A DNA stretch of 64,000 nucleotides from Eledone cirrhosa (taxonomy: Eukaryota): contig OZ024744.1 of the NCBI GenBank assembly GCA_964016885.1, forward strand, positions 69,006,001 through 69,070,000, in the 5' to 3' direction. The notes beneath the pieces were generated by a model. That model did not search any database, had not been told where the DNA came from, and worked only from the letters and a program-made list of their open reading frames with translations. Positions 13,562-27,106 of this stretch are shown here, piece by piece. Position 1 is the first letter of the stretch. Each line of letters begins with the position of its first letter. Position numbers and translations under genes: made by a program.

Positions 13562-14220
13562 TGACCACACGCCCTCTACCTCCCTCCATCTTCTATAAGC
13601 CAACTGACTCCCATTCCTACCTCGACTTCCCCTCGTTCCACTAACCTACACCAAAATCTCCTTACCCTACATCCACTTCCTCAATTTTCGTCGACTCTGT
13701 AGCCAGGGCCACGATTTCGAAACCCAATCCCAACACATGGCTTCCTGCTTCATCCAGCTTGGATATCGCCCCCACCCCCACCCTGATCCAAGCTACCTTC
13801 CCCCCGTGCCCGTGAAACCTAGCGTACCACAGCCCCCTCAACCCACGACCGTCCCCCCAACAGCCACCTTCCTTTCCTCCTCATCTACTACCCCACTACT
13901 TTCCGGCTCCATATCCTCCTTTTCTCCCGCATCCTCTCTTCTAACCCTGTCACTTCTCACTTCTTTCCAAACCCACCCATTACCATCTTAAAGGGCGCCC
14001 GAAATTCCGTTACCTCCTGGTACGCAATTTTCTTCCCTTCCAGCCCTAGGACTCCACCTGGCTCCCTTCCCTATTCTCGCCCCCGCTGTAACACCAGCCC
14101 CTTCATTTCTAACCTCATTACTCTAACGGGCATTAACAGTTCTTTCCGTATCTGGCACTCCTTTACCTGCACACCACCTATGTTTGTTTAAGGCCTCCGG
14201 TGTTCTCTTTGCAGGTCCTT
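13560..14220 (+). pseudogene. Heavily decayed PLE RT-thumb/GIY-YIG linker remnant
   Basis: Translates FYKPTDSHSYLDFPSFH, NFRRLCS and SFTCT, matching the YYKHTDTHQYL motif region of the 60116-61591 PLE. Confidence 0.6.
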
Positions 14221-14428
14221 AAGCATGCCACCGCATGTAGGTGTGCTTCAGTGTGCGTGTGTGTGTGTGTGTGTATGTGTGTTTTGTTGTATGTCTGTAC
14301 GAATCTGTGAGGATAGTGTGTGTATTAGTTTAAGAGAGAGAGAGAAAGAGAAAAGAGAGAGAAAGAGAGAGAGAGTTAGATAGAGAGAGAGAGAAAGAGA
14401 AAGAGGGAGAGAAAGAGAGAGAGAAAAG

Positions 14429-14555
<127 letters not shown>

Positions 14556-15500
14556 GATCCGTACACAACTGAGGGACATATGACTTGGCATGGATAATCC
14601 CCCCCCCCCGTCACTCGTCACTCCCGTTCCTCAGACCACAGCTCTTTACATGGCTCAGTCATAGCCTCTTTTTACATCCAGGATCGCTAGCCTCATACAC
14701 CAGGATGAGAACAAATCCTGATTGCCTACTTTGAGTCCAGTTTCCTTTATGAACTCAACTCCCCTCCCCAATTACTTAAAACATTAATTACCCTTGCACA
14801 CATACACTCGCCCTTACTTTTATACCTCTAGCCGCTGTCACCCCTAACTTGTCCGCTATCACACCCGTACCTATAGCTCTTTTATGGTCAGATATACACA
14901 TACTTACAGCTCTGTACAGACCAACAACAAACATACACACACCTCTATAGGTCAGGTCTGGACGGATCAACTAACACACATGCTCACACATATACACAGA
15001 CACACACACACACGTTCACTCTCTTAAACTCATGCATACACTATCCTCACAGCTTCTTACAGACAACTAACATATACACACACACACATGCATACACACG
15101 CTCATTCACACCTATATATCCACTCTATATACGAAAGAATATTTTCCTTTTCTGTACTATACCGACGACTTCGATCACAACCTTTAAAAAAAACGGCCAA
15201 CTAAACTTCTTATACCAGCATTGAATTCAATAATTTTCTAAGAGATGGAGAGCAGAATAGATCTGCGATTTCTCAAAGAAATTGTTTTTCGTTTCTGCTA
15301 CTGATCACTCCCATCTATCTTTCTATTTCTCTCTTTAATTTCTCATTTTACTATTTGTTGAAGGACTAGCGTCCGAAACGTTAAGATTCTTTTCCAACTA
15401 TATCAAGCATTAAATTAATATATTTCATCGTTGTATTATATCGTTTGCTTTCTTATTTCTGTTTACTTTTTGCATATATATATATATATGTATATATATA

Positions 15501-15560
15501 TTTATTAAAATAACAGATTAAAGTTTAAGCAAAGAATCGCTGCTTTCACCCTTAACGGGA
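15501..15560 (+). repeat. ~60 bp module (ttattaaaataacagattaaagtttaagcaaagaatcgctgctttcacccttaacggga), six copies in the window
   Basis: Also at 18424-18484, 47669-47723, 47838-47900, 59337-59396 (+) and 59408-59466 (-). Confidence 0.85.
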
Positions 15561-15708
15561 TATTCTGAAACTCATAAATTATATTAAATTATAAATTTAA
15601 GAAATTTATAAATTTCTTAAATTTATAATTTAACTTATAATATATTGGAGTGAACGCAACTGGTGTGTGTGTTTCTTATTAGCAACATGACCCTCCCAAA
15701 GTATAACA

Positions 15709-15791
<83 letters not shown>

Positions 15792-15854
15792 ATGTAGAAA
15801 GGTAACGCATGAGTTGATATATATAAAAACAAACAGTAGAAAGGAAAAAGATTT

Positions 15855-16085
15855 TTTTTCTGTAGAAAATGTTGAAGTGAAATTTTAAAGCATTAATTGA
15901 TTTACAATACCGGTTTCAGCATTAAATGCATTGTCGATTGCGGATATGCAGGATATTGTTAAGATGCATATTTGCAACTTAACAACATTCTGCATATCTG
16001 CAATTGATAATGCATTTAATGCTGAAACCGGTATTGTAAATAAATTAATGCTTTGAAATCTCTTCAACATTTTCTACAGAAAAAT
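15855..16085. repeat. Imperfect fold-back palindrome carrying two opposed hammerheads
   Basis: ttttctgtagaaaatgttgaag...cttcaacattttctacagaaaa arms. Confidence 0.85.
15999..16038 (+). ncRNA. Minimal hammerhead with variant core TTGATAA (U3-A8)
   Basis: tgcaa-TTGATAA-tgcatttaatgct-GAAAC-cg-GTA-ttgta. Confidence 0.65.
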
Positions 16086-16105
16086 ATTTTGCCTTACTAA
16101 TATTT

Positions 16106-16177
<72 letters not shown>

Positions 16178-16499
16178 CTCTGAATGTTGATTATTTAATT
16201 AATTAATTTGTCATTGAGCCACATCGTGAATGGTTGCCAAAAACATATATATATATATATATATAACTATGACTTTGTCTAGTTTATGTATATGTAAATA
16301 TTTATATTTGATAATCACCCATATGGTTGAGATGCAATTTAGGCAGTATTAGGCTGCGCTTTCTAGCAACCAGCCCACTCGCCGTACGGCACCAATCACA
16401 TTCTTTCTGACTTTACCACTGCCACGTCACAGTACTTAGCCATTTTGAATTCGTTTCTGGCGGGGATCATTTAAGAAAAATCTTCGTCCAAGTTAGTTT

Positions 16500-16580
16500 G
16501 TTTCCTGATGATTTCGAAACTCGTGAATTTATCCATTATCGGATATTTCCAAAAGCGAATGAAACTCATGGGGTAGAAAC
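16500..16580 (+). ncRNA. Type I hammerhead with extended stem II (same family as 8480-8562)
   Basis: gtttc-CTGATGA-tttc...gaat-GAAAC-tcatggg-GTA-gaaac. Confidence 0.75.
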
Positions 16581-16865
16581 ATAATTTTGGTATGTTTATG
16601 TACATTTTTTCTTCTAACTTTGATTTTCTTCTATCTTTGGTTGCCCTTGAAACATATATAATAAAATAAATATGGTTTTATAAATATAGTTTCCGTTTAT
16701 TAATATTTGTATATATATATATATATATATAACGAAGGAAATATGGTAAGGAACCAGGTGGACCATAACGCACCAAAGTACTCAATACTTAGGGTAGTAG
16801 AGTGGTTAATAGGAACGAGTAGGACCCCGACGGCTGAGCTCAAGCCGTTTCGACGGCTAATTCTG

Positions 16866-16924
<59 letters not shown>

Positions 16925-17239
16925 TTTGTTCGTACTGCCTCTTTGTTTTGTTCCCGTTCCACTGTTCACTATATATATATATTGTTAACAACCATACACA
17001 AACACGCAAAGAGAGACTATAATAAATAAATAAATAATAGAATATACATTACAATACAACGGGAGGAAACATAATAGTACCACTGTTGATGTCACATGTG
17101 TGTGATGAAAGAACGTTGATAGACTGCATATATATAAATATATATATACATATATATATTTAGATTTAGATTTTTAACCGCTGGTCAATCAATGATAAAC
17201 ATTGATTTGCACCTAAATTAACTATATATATATATATAT

Positions 17240-17503
17240 ACAATATTAAATAAATGGAAACTATATTTATAAAACCATATTTATTTCATTATATATATTT
17301 CAGGGATATCATATTAACAATATGCTATGCCTTCCTCAGACAAAATACAATATAAACAGTTTTATAGCTATTTATCTATAAAACTGTTTATATTGTATTT
17401 TGTCTGAGGAAGGCATAGCATATTGTTAATATGATATCCCTGAAATATATATAATGAAATAAATATGGTTTTATAAATATAGTTTCCATTTATTTAATAT
17501 TGT
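17240..17503. repeat. Near-perfect ~130 bp-arm palindrome with hammerheads at 17282-17347 (-) and 17396-17461 (+)
   Basis: tattttgt-CTGAGGA-aggcatagcatatt.gtt.aatatgatatccct-GAAA-tatatata-atgaaata in each arm. Confidence 0.85.
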
Positions 17504-17588
17504 AATTATACTCCAAATACTTGTCGAGTGCTTTTATATCAGTTATAAATATTTACTAGTTGTAACCCAACAATTTAAATATAACTTT

Positions 17589-17758
<170 letters not shown>

Positions 17759-18143
17759 AGAATCAAAGCTATGTTCAAAGCATTTATTCACTCACAATTA
17801 TTTCATAAGTCTTCGGAGCATTTCTCAATGTTTGTACACATAGTTGACCTCCATTCCAACTCAAGAGACATACAGATACATATATATATATTGATGTACA
17901 GTGGTTTGGATGAAACAATTGTAAGTGAATAAATGCTTTGAACATAGCTTTGATTCTTGTGAATTCTATATAACTGCTCTGTAGAACAACTGATGATAAG
18001 GTAGTAATAAATTACTGGTAATAAGGTAGTAATAAAAAAACTGGTAATAAGGTAGTAATAAATTACTGACCTTCACTGTTTAGGGTTTAAAATATACATA
18101 ACTATAAAAAGTTTTAGTATATACCTAACCATAAATAGTATCC

Positions 18144-18197
<54 letters not shown>

Positions 18198-18391
18198 CCA
18201 AAACTAATCAGATCAGAGCAAACATCACGGACGCTCTATCTCAAAATTATTTTTGAAAAGCATTAGAAATGCGCAACCGGCAAAACTTAAAACCAAAACT
18301 GAATACTAACCAATACTAATTCTCACTTATTCCTAATTAAACTATTTTTCACTGTGAACAATTTGTCAGCATTTTCTATTCCGTTTACCAA

Positions 18392-18424
<33 letters not shown>

Positions 18425-18482
18425 TTATTAAAATAACAGATTAAACTTTAAGCAAAGAATCGCTGCTTTCACCCTTAACGGG

Positions 18483-18564
18483 ATCTTCTAATGATTTCGA
18501 AACTCATTGATTTATCCATGATCGGATATTTCCAAAAAGCGAATGAAACCCTGGGGGTAGAGAT
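18483..18564 (+). ncRNA. Long-stem-II hammerhead copy with a core mutation (CTAATGA)
   Basis: Aligns to 16500-16580; G5 changed to A, so probably inactive. Confidence 0.55.
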
Positions 18565-18941
18565 TTGATTTTGGTATGTTTATATACAATTTTCTTCTAA
18601 CTTTGATTTTGTACCTAATTGTGTATGGTTAACTATATGTCTAGTCAATTTCTACGGGCTATTAGAAATACTAGGTAAATCTTCTGTAGCTGTGGATCGC
18701 GGATAAAATAGCTATCATTTATTTATCTATTATTTCTTCATAGGTACATTTTAGCCTCGCTTAAATGATTTTTTATGGGGTTAATTATGGTGATTGGGAG
18801 AAGAAATACTGTATATATTTTATCAAATGATTCTATGGACTTACTTTCTTATATATTGTTCTGATTGTTGATTATTTAATTAATTAATTCGTTATTGAGC
18901 CACACCGTGAATGGTTGTCAAAAACATATATATATATATAT

Positions 18942-19842
18942 ATATTTAATACATTAACAGAGAAAACTTTAAGCAATAGTCCGACCGGCTTCCGTCTCAC
19001 TCAACAAATATTAGGATATACCTTAGTATAATCCCAATTATACGTTTGGGGTGCTAACTATACGTATTTTGCGGATAGCCAGTTGTATTATTTTATATGA
19101 GAGATAATTAAAATACATCTCTCTTTCCAAACGATCGTTTCATTATAAGTTTTCTACAAATTGGGAAAATAATGTCCAGGTTATGTAGAAGCTTACACAT
19201 AGTCCGTAGGAATATATGTAGGTGGGCACCTATAAATCATCAGTGGATGCCTGACAAATATCAATATAAAAAAAACCTTACCAATATTAATGTTCAGCGA
19301 TGGTACCCCTGCGTGCCAGAATGACTGCCAAATTTGAAATTCCAGCAGTCTCACAATGAGAAATCTCACACTGCCATCAAGCGGAAAAGGGGAGGTCATC
19401 GCAAAACATAAAAGAATAAAATAATATGCACGCGGGTCAATTAATTCTTTCAATAATTTTAACCATGCGTGAAGAACTCAATTGGATATAAAAAAAATAA
19501 ATATATGCATGTATTATTTATACACGCATATAGATATTTTCTGAGGCTAAAAACAGAGACAAGATACCGGAAGAACAATCAATATTTCATACAAAGAATA
19601 AATACGGAAAATCATACCTAAAAAGTATCTGGAAATATTCATCCCTGATGAACGGCCGAGTATAATATTTAATACATTAACAGAGAAAGCTTTAAGCAAT
19701 AGTCCGACCGGCTTCCGTCTCACTCAACAAACATTAGGATATACCTTAGTATAATCCCAATTATACGTTTAAGGTGCTAACTATACGTATTTTACGGATA
19801 ACCAGTTGTATTATTTTATATGAGACATAATTAAAATACATA
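18942..19842 (+). repeat. Direct repeat of ~175 bp (18942-19117 and 19665-19842)
   Basis: atatttaatacattaacagagaaa..tttaagcaatagtccgaccggcttccgtctcactc occurs twice. Confidence 0.85.
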
Positions 19843-19890
19843 TATATATATATATAATATAGAAGTTTACATACACATAAACAAGACAGA

Positions 19891-19926
<36 letters not shown>

Positions 19927-19953
19927 TCTGTCTTGTTTATGTGTATGTAAACT

Positions 19954-20091
<138 letters not shown>

Positions 20092-20454
20092 TTGGTTCTA
20101 TCGGAGTTTACCAATATATATATCCTGGTAAAGATTATAGAAGCTCTATACTAATCATATCCTTGGTCCAGCAGTTATCGAAAAAGGCAGTAGATTATGT
20201 TATAGATTGTTAAAGCACGGAGTGCAGAGCTCAAAATATAATAAATTGTGAGCGAATAACAAATTTAGATTTATAACATAAGTTTATTCCACAAACGTTT
20301 CATATTAAAATAATGTAACAGCATGTAAAAAGTGAGTACAATAACATTCTATAAGCAGAAGCAATTTTAAAAGCAGTATAATAAAATGTAACCATACATG
20401 AACAGACATGTTATCCATGTGCATCCATACATGAACAGACATGTTATTATAGTT

Positions 20455-20484
20455 ACTAGCAGAAAAACCACGCTTCGAGTGATT
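20455..20484 (-). mobile_element. Helitron-like 3' terminus (hairpin + CTAGT)
   Basis: Reverse complement: cactcgaagcgtg-gtttttctg-CTAGT. Confidence 0.45.
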
Positions 20485-20999
20485 TTCTTCTCCCATGTAT
20501 AGTGTGCATATTGATATTATAAGCAAATATACATGCATGTAGATATGATAGATCAAATAAAATCGTAATTGACAATATGCACAAAAATTAAACGAAGACT
20601 GTGTTACACTCTCTTCTGTAATCAGTAAAGTTATCCATGATACATTTAAAGACGATATTATAATAAACTGCATTACGAAGAAATTTTATGAAAACTAAAA
20701 AGGAGAAAATTAGCGACGGAAATATAAACGTTATGATATAACGATGCAAATATATGAACGTTTATATAAGCGATATGTGATGTAGCGTCCGTTATATCGT
20801 AACCGGAAGTATTGACATTTGAAAATTTTAAAAGAAGTGAATCTTAAAATAAGCAATCATTATATATAAGCTACGAAATTTAGTACATAAATTATGTAAT
20901 ATTCATTCATTATTTGTTCAAAGTAATCCAACTTATTTTTCTAACGGGATGAAAAAATGTATTTCGGACGCAGTCCCGCACTCTTCCCTTTATTATGGT

Positions 21000-21203
21000 C
21001 GATTGGCAGTATCGGTAAAGAGTTGGACACCATGCTTTGAAGTATAGAGTTACGGTCCGTTATGATCTGATTTCAAATCCCGCCGAGGTTAACTTTTCCT
21101 TTCATCCTTACAAGATCGATAAAACAAAGTACCAGTCACGCACTGGGTTGATTTAATCGACTTTCCCCTGCCCCAAAATTGTGCCTATATAAGAAACCAT
21201 TAT
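21000..21203 (+). mobile_element. tRNA-derived SINE (older variant with longer tail)
   Basis: ttggcagtatcggt head, conserved core, ends gtgcctatataagaaaccattat. Confidence 0.85.
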
Positions 21204-21518
21204 ATTATGCTAATGGATTTTTAGCAAATTAACACGAAATAAAAAAATGTTTAGTCAATCATGAAATATGTGTGTACAGATATACAAAGAAATATAAAAT
21301 AGGATCGGCATGTTGTTACAAGTTTTTATATTATATGACTCTAATCTGTTGTATTAAATTACTTTTCGCATCTTTTATGTTGTTGCTTATAGCATTATTC
21401 AAATTCCTGAAGTTATATAGATCGGCAGACAATTACCCAATGACAAATACCTGCTGTTACACATTGAAACATATTTAGAATAAAATTATGTTGCAAGCCT
21501 GAATTGGTTATTTCCTCT

Positions 21519-21629
<111 letters not shown>

Positions 21630-21718
21630 GCAGTTATATTTAATTTGTTGGGATTCCAACAAGCTTAAAAGTTTATAACTGATATAAAGCACTCAACAAT
21701 TACTGGAGTAAATATTCA

Positions 21719-22039
21719 ATATATTAATAAATGGAAACTATATATATAAAACCATAATTATTTTATTATATATATTTCAAGGCCAACCAAGGCAGTCTTG
21801 GTGCGCTTTCATCAGATAAAATACAAGATTTGTTTTATAAATATTGACATAACCGTTGAAAAACAACCACTATCCAGCGAAATTTCAACCGTCAAGGTTG
21901 TTTTTCCATGGTTATGTCAATATTTATAAAGCAAATCTTGTATTTTATCTGATGAAAGCGCACCAAGACTGCCTTGGTTGCCCTTGAAATATATATAATA
22001 AAATAATTATGGTTTTATAAATATAGTTTCCATTTATTA

Positions 22040-22045
<6 letters not shown>
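21719..22045. repeat. Fold-back palindrome with hammerheads at 21759-21823 (-) and 21941-22005 (+)
   Basis: tattttat-CTGATGA-aagcgcaccaag.actgc.cttggttgccctt-GAAA-tatatata-ataaaata; perfect 8 bp stem I. Confidence 0.88.
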
Positions 22046-22105
<60 letters not shown>

Positions 22106-22740
22106 AAAGGAATACTAAAAGCTTTTTCCCCTGAATAAAGGAATTTTTCGAGAATGACCGGGGCAGGCCGCACTTGCTACATTTCTCCCACCCAACCCTA
22201 CTCACCGTCTCAACTCATTACTGCTATTAACACTTTTTCAACACACCTACACCCATACACTTATTAAAGGGGGAGAAAAGAAACCCCCACCACACCACAG
22301 ACATGTTAAATCCCTATATATAGAACAACACACCACATACACATCAGTTTGACAAGCGCACCTCAGCGTGAAAGGTCGTTCTAAAAACGAAACAATACCT
22401 CCTACGTTAACCAAGAACTCCTAAGACCTAACCAACAACCAACAACTTAATTTATAAAATCATTTTTTTAAAGAAAAAATTTTTTCTAATCCGGAAAAAA
22501 ATTCTTTTTGGATTTTGTGAAGAAAATAAATTTGTTGAAAGAACAAGTGAAGCCATTTTTTCTTCCCCCCTGTCTTAATATATATATATATATATAATAA
22601 GTTGACGACCCAGCCTAGGTATTAATGCTAGGACCGGTTACATCTCAGCGTACTCAATAGGTAATGTAAAATACACTCCCAGAGTACACACATAGTTATT
22701 CGCTTCAATACAACACACGTAAACGGGTACCTATAGTAGT

Positions 22741-22852
22741 TCCCGAACTCGAGTTTCGGCCACACTTAATGCAGCAGTAGAGTGCACTGTACCTTCTGTC
22801 CACATATATTATGCAACAATGTACAATCGGTGCATGTGGCTTGATCAGTGGG
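22741..22852 (-). ncRNA. Hammerhead-like motif with very long stem II and core CTGATCA, upstream of and antisense to a PLE ORF
   Basis: Reverse complement: ccca-CTGATCA-agccaca...tgtggcc-GAAAC-tcga-GTT-cggg. Confidence 0.55.
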
Positions 22853-23655
22853 CTTCGCCTAATCAATAACCAATCGATCGACAGAATTCGGCTGCAGGTA
22901 ACTGGAATCTTTACGCGTCACAATGCTGTCCCCTGATTGACTACCGATTTATAAATTTACGTGATGACAGGAGACGAAATTCAATTTGTTCCGCTCCCGC
23001 CATAAATACCCAGCCAACGTATCTCAAACACAAATTAATAAGTTTGTGAAAAATTGGTTATTAGAGAAATTCATTCTCTAATCACTGTACAATAGAATGG
23101 TAGCATTCGGCTCTAGTTTCCAAGTTCCATGGCAAGAAATAGTGCGATAGTAACAATGGTAGTGCCTAAAACATTTATGGACATTAAATTCCAACCGGTG
23201 ATTATACGGCGATATAGAGTCGGAATTGTAGATATTTCGGCCAACCTCGTGGGTAAATCTGTCTATTATAGAACTTGTACGATTTAATATGTGAGTGAGA
23301 GAGAAAATGTATAACAGCAATTAGAGTGTATATTAAAACAAAAGACAATAAAAAAAATGTGAAAAATTGTTCAACTTACTCTCATTGTTATTCTGTTAGT
23401 TGGGAGAAAATAATAATAAGTTGACGGAACTAGCATGGGTATCACTTCTAGGACCGGTAACGTTAAATAAACTCCCACTACGGATATTACCTTCCAGTGT
23501 TCCACTACTATATACGTCTCCAGCACCGGTCAGCAGATTCTCTTCACTACGTAGAAGTTTGGCTTTTAGAAGATTCTTCACCACGTGCGAGTTTGGCTGA
23601 GAGCGCTCTATATATCCTCGTGTCCTACACAATTTCGCGTCTCATCAACGTCAGT

Positions 23656-24090
23656 ATGGATTTATACGAACTGGATTACGCCCTGAAGAACATTCCAACT
23701 CCCTCCAACAATGTTTACCAAAAGCTCCTCCTACAAAAAGCGGAAGATCTCGTCAGACGCTTAAGATGGCGAGCCCTAGCTTTTGACGGCAAAATTACAG
23801 GCACCAACAACACCTTCAACCTGAAATCGAGAGCCTACCCTCCTAAGTTAACTGAACTTTCTCCTTTCGAGACGGACCTTCTTGACTTAGTCACTAACAT
23901 TTCCTTTCGCAAACACACTAACACCTTTCAAACGAAACTCAGAAATGATATTAAGAAATTTAGGTCTTCTAATAACACCTTCGTTCTTTCCGACAAAACT
24001 AATAATATTTACGAAGTCGACAACACCACTTTCCGCCACCTGGACCATAACGCTATTACTTCTAAATATAAGAAAGCTAACCCTATGGTT
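23656..24090 (+). pseudogene. N-terminal region of a Penelope/Poseidon-type PLE ORF, 3'-truncated
   Basis: LDYALKNIPTPS...LVRRLRWRALAF...FETDL..LV.NI.FR...FQ.KL..DI...SDKTNNIY, typical of the PLE pre-RT region. Confidence 0.8.
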
Positions 24091-24274
24091 CATGGTTCAT
24101 TCTAACCCTATGTTGTGGAGGTTCATTCTGACATTACGACGAGCTTTAGATTCCAGAGTCGAGCTAGATCGATACAGATCGAACCGTGAGTTGATCGATA
24201 GCGAAACACGCGTCACTACTCAATAAACGTAATGAAGACATAATAAATAGTCCTTATTATTATTATTATTATTA

Positions 24275-25199
24275 AGTCGCTCACGGCCCTCGACCAATCG
24301 GGCAATGTGATCGGTGGAAACTCCACCTCGGCGTTCTATAGAGGATTAGTGGAGGGGAAGAGCGACGACGTACTTGGGGAAACTCTAGGCGTCGACGAAA
24401 ATCAACTAGCCAATCTCTTCGGAAGAACTTTCGGGCCGGGGCCTATGGACAACTTCCAGAAATCTCTGGCCTGGCAGTGCTACCGAGGAGCCTTGCCAGT
24501 TCGAGATAAACTCTACAGGCGTGGAGGTGCCGTGAGCCGGGCATGTCTGAGATGCGCGCAGGGCGACGAAACCGTCCTGTACGCACTCGTCCAGTGTCCG
24601 AAAATTGCTGACTTGTGGGTTTATGTCGAACACCTGCTGTCGCGTGAAGGACGGATCCGGCTATCATCTGAGTCCATCGTGAGGATTGCCCCGCCCTCTT
24701 CCTTTAGCCGGGAAGGGCAGGCAGTTTTTATCTGTCTGGTGGCCATGGCGAAAGAGATAGTATGGTGGACACGTTTGAAAGGGCTGAAGACGAGCACTTA
24801 CCTCTTCGGTGATGCCCTGATTGACTTTTTCAAATTTCATTTGAAAAGGAAAATCAGAGTAGAGAGGGAAGTGCTCTCTTCCCAGCATTTTGTTGAAAGA
24901 TGGGTGAGAGAAGCAAGAATGGCCCGAGTGAATGGGCCTACTCTGAGTATGTATCTGTAAATTAAACGTGGAAAACTGGGAGAGGGCACTTGCCTTGGTG
25001 GTCAGGGTCACTGTGGCCTTTTACTGGGCTTTCTCCACAAATGACCCTCCGAAGTCTACCCCCCATTGGGGAATTTTTCATTGTTATTTATATCCTCTGT
25101 TTTTTTACACGCAGAAATGCCCATTTGTACCGTCCTGTATTGTCCTGTACTGTCCTTAATGTCTACTTTATGTGAACCCTTGTGGTTAATAAAGAAAAC
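24275..25199 (+). mobile_element. 5'-truncated L1/Tx1-type LINE (C-terminal zinc finger + 3' UTR), highly similar to 32912-33854
   Basis: ORF 24307-24960 with CxxC-x8-(Y for H)-x4-C; aataaagaaa followed by (ATT)n. Confidence 0.92.
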
Positions 25200-25208
25200 A
25201 TTATTATG

Positions 25209-25252
<44 letters not shown>

Positions 25253-25265
25253 TATTATTATTATT

Positions 25266-26870
25266 GTTCTTTGAGTCTCAGTCATTGATATTATGTAACT
25301 GGAAAGTTTGTTGAAATGAATATCAAGCGACTACTTGCAGCCTCAGATATTCAGGACGTATTGGAGGCTTCTTGCTGTTCCCGGCAGGCATGCCTTTTGA
25401 AGCGTTCCATCCTTGGAAACTCTTTGAGATAGTACCTAGTGCACCTATGACTATCGGGACCACTTTGACTTCATGGCAGTTCCAAATCCTTTTTACCTCC
25501 CACTTTAAGTCCTGGTATCGGTTAATTTTCTCCCTCTCCTTCTCTTGTACTCTCGTGTCGAATGGGCAGGCTACATCCACAATCAGGCACGATCTTTTTC
25601 CCTTGTCCAAAACCACCAGGTCAGGTCCATTGTGTTCCAGTTTCTTGTCCGTCTGTATCCTAAAATCCCACAGCACCTTCATCTGATCGTTTTCCATTAC
25701 CGACTCTAGTTTATGCTCATACCACTTCTCAAAAAGTGGTAAATTGTTTACTTTGCATAGGTGCCAGTGGATCACCCTGCTCATCACATCATGTCTCCAG
25801 CCTTTATAGGTAGTCTGGGCTAGGTGTTTACACTCGGATACAATGTGAGCCACAGTCTCCTCTCTCTCTCCGCAGATCCTACACAGTGAGACAGCCTCCT
25901 CCTTGTAAATATGGTGTTTCAGCCACTTCGTTTTGAGAGCCTGCTCTTGCGCAGCCATTAGCATTCCTTCTGTAGCTTTTTTAAGGTCTCCTCTTTTCAA
26001 CCAGTTCTATGTCTGTGGATCTCTAAATTCAGTTTTCTCAAAGAAGGCACTGTGAAGGGATTTTTCATGAAGGTTGCTCTTTCTCCTCGTTGTTATTTCC
26101 TCCTTGGACATCCCTGGTCCATTGTCCTCTCCTTCAGTACAATTCTGAGCATTGGCTCCCTACTATCAGTCACGTATTTGTGTAGGTTATTTTTCTCCAT
26201 CTGAACAAAGTCCTCTATGCTGATAAGACCTCTTCCACCTTCAGATCTCCTTAAGTAGAGTCTATCGACATCACTCCTCTTGTGGAACATGTTGTAGATA
26301 GTCAATAGCTTCCTAATCGTCCTATCCATTTCTTTTTGTTCAGCAACATTCCATCTCAGAATTCCGGCACTGTACCTAATAATAGACACAGCTCGGGAAT
26401 TTACTGCACTTATGGTATTCCTACTGTTCAGATGTGACTTTAATACGCTCCTTACTCTCCGAATGTATTCAGATCTTATCAATTCCTTCATTTTTTTGTT
26501 CTTGATGTCATCAGCCTCCAGAACACCTAAATATTTGTATACCTCTTCAGCATCAATTTCTTTTATCATCTCACCTGTTGGTACCTGGATTCCGATGCCT
26601 CTGCTCAACTTACCCCTCTTCATCACAATGACTCCACACTTACTAATACCAAACTGTATACATATATCATTGCTGAAAATACGGACAGTGTCAACAAGCA
26701 CATCCAACTCCTTCTCACTCTTCCCGAAGAGCTTAAGATCGTCCATGAAGAGGAGGTGATTGATGGTAAGCTCTCCTTTTCCCAACTTGTATCCTGCTGT
26801 CACTTTTCGCAGTATAATGGTCAGGGGCATCAGGGCAAGGACAAACAACAGAGGGAACAGACTATCTCCC
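25266..26870 (-). mobile_element. Dong/R4-clade non-LTR retrotransposon, 5'-truncated (RT C-half + CCHC + restriction-like endonuclease)
   Basis: GDSLFPL, HLLFMDDLKL, YKYLG, GGRGL; CRIC..ETVAHIVSEC, RHD, PDLVV..IVDV..K..Y..L; flanked by (TAA)n. Confidence 0.92.
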
Positions 26871-26899
26871 TATTATTATTATTATTATTATTATTATTA

Positions 26900-27085
26900 G
26901 GGCGGCGGATTGGCAGTATCGGTAGAGGGTTGGACGCCATGCTTTCCAGCATAGTTACGTCCCTTTATGATCTGAGTTCAAATCCCACCGAGGTTAACTT
27001 TGCCTTTCATCCTTACGGGGTCGATAAAATAGAGTACCAGTAATGCACTGGGATAATAACTGGCCTTGTACCTAAAGTAGAAACA
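26900..27085 (+). mobile_element. Full-length tRNA-derived SINE inside (ATT)n
   Basis: Head, core and tail as in other copies; (ATT)n on both sides. Confidence 0.92.
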
Positions 27086-27106
27086 ATTATTATTATTATT
27101 ATTATA

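Noticed and set aside
17990-18070. Three repeats of taaggtagtaataaa.. after CTGATGA as a CRISPR-like array or hammerhead
   Set aside because: Simple ~25 bp tandem duplication without unique spacers, and no downstream GAAA box.
26900-26990. SINE heads as tRNA genes
   Set aside because: A/B boxes are present but there is no complete cloverleaf, and each is followed by the SINE core and tail.
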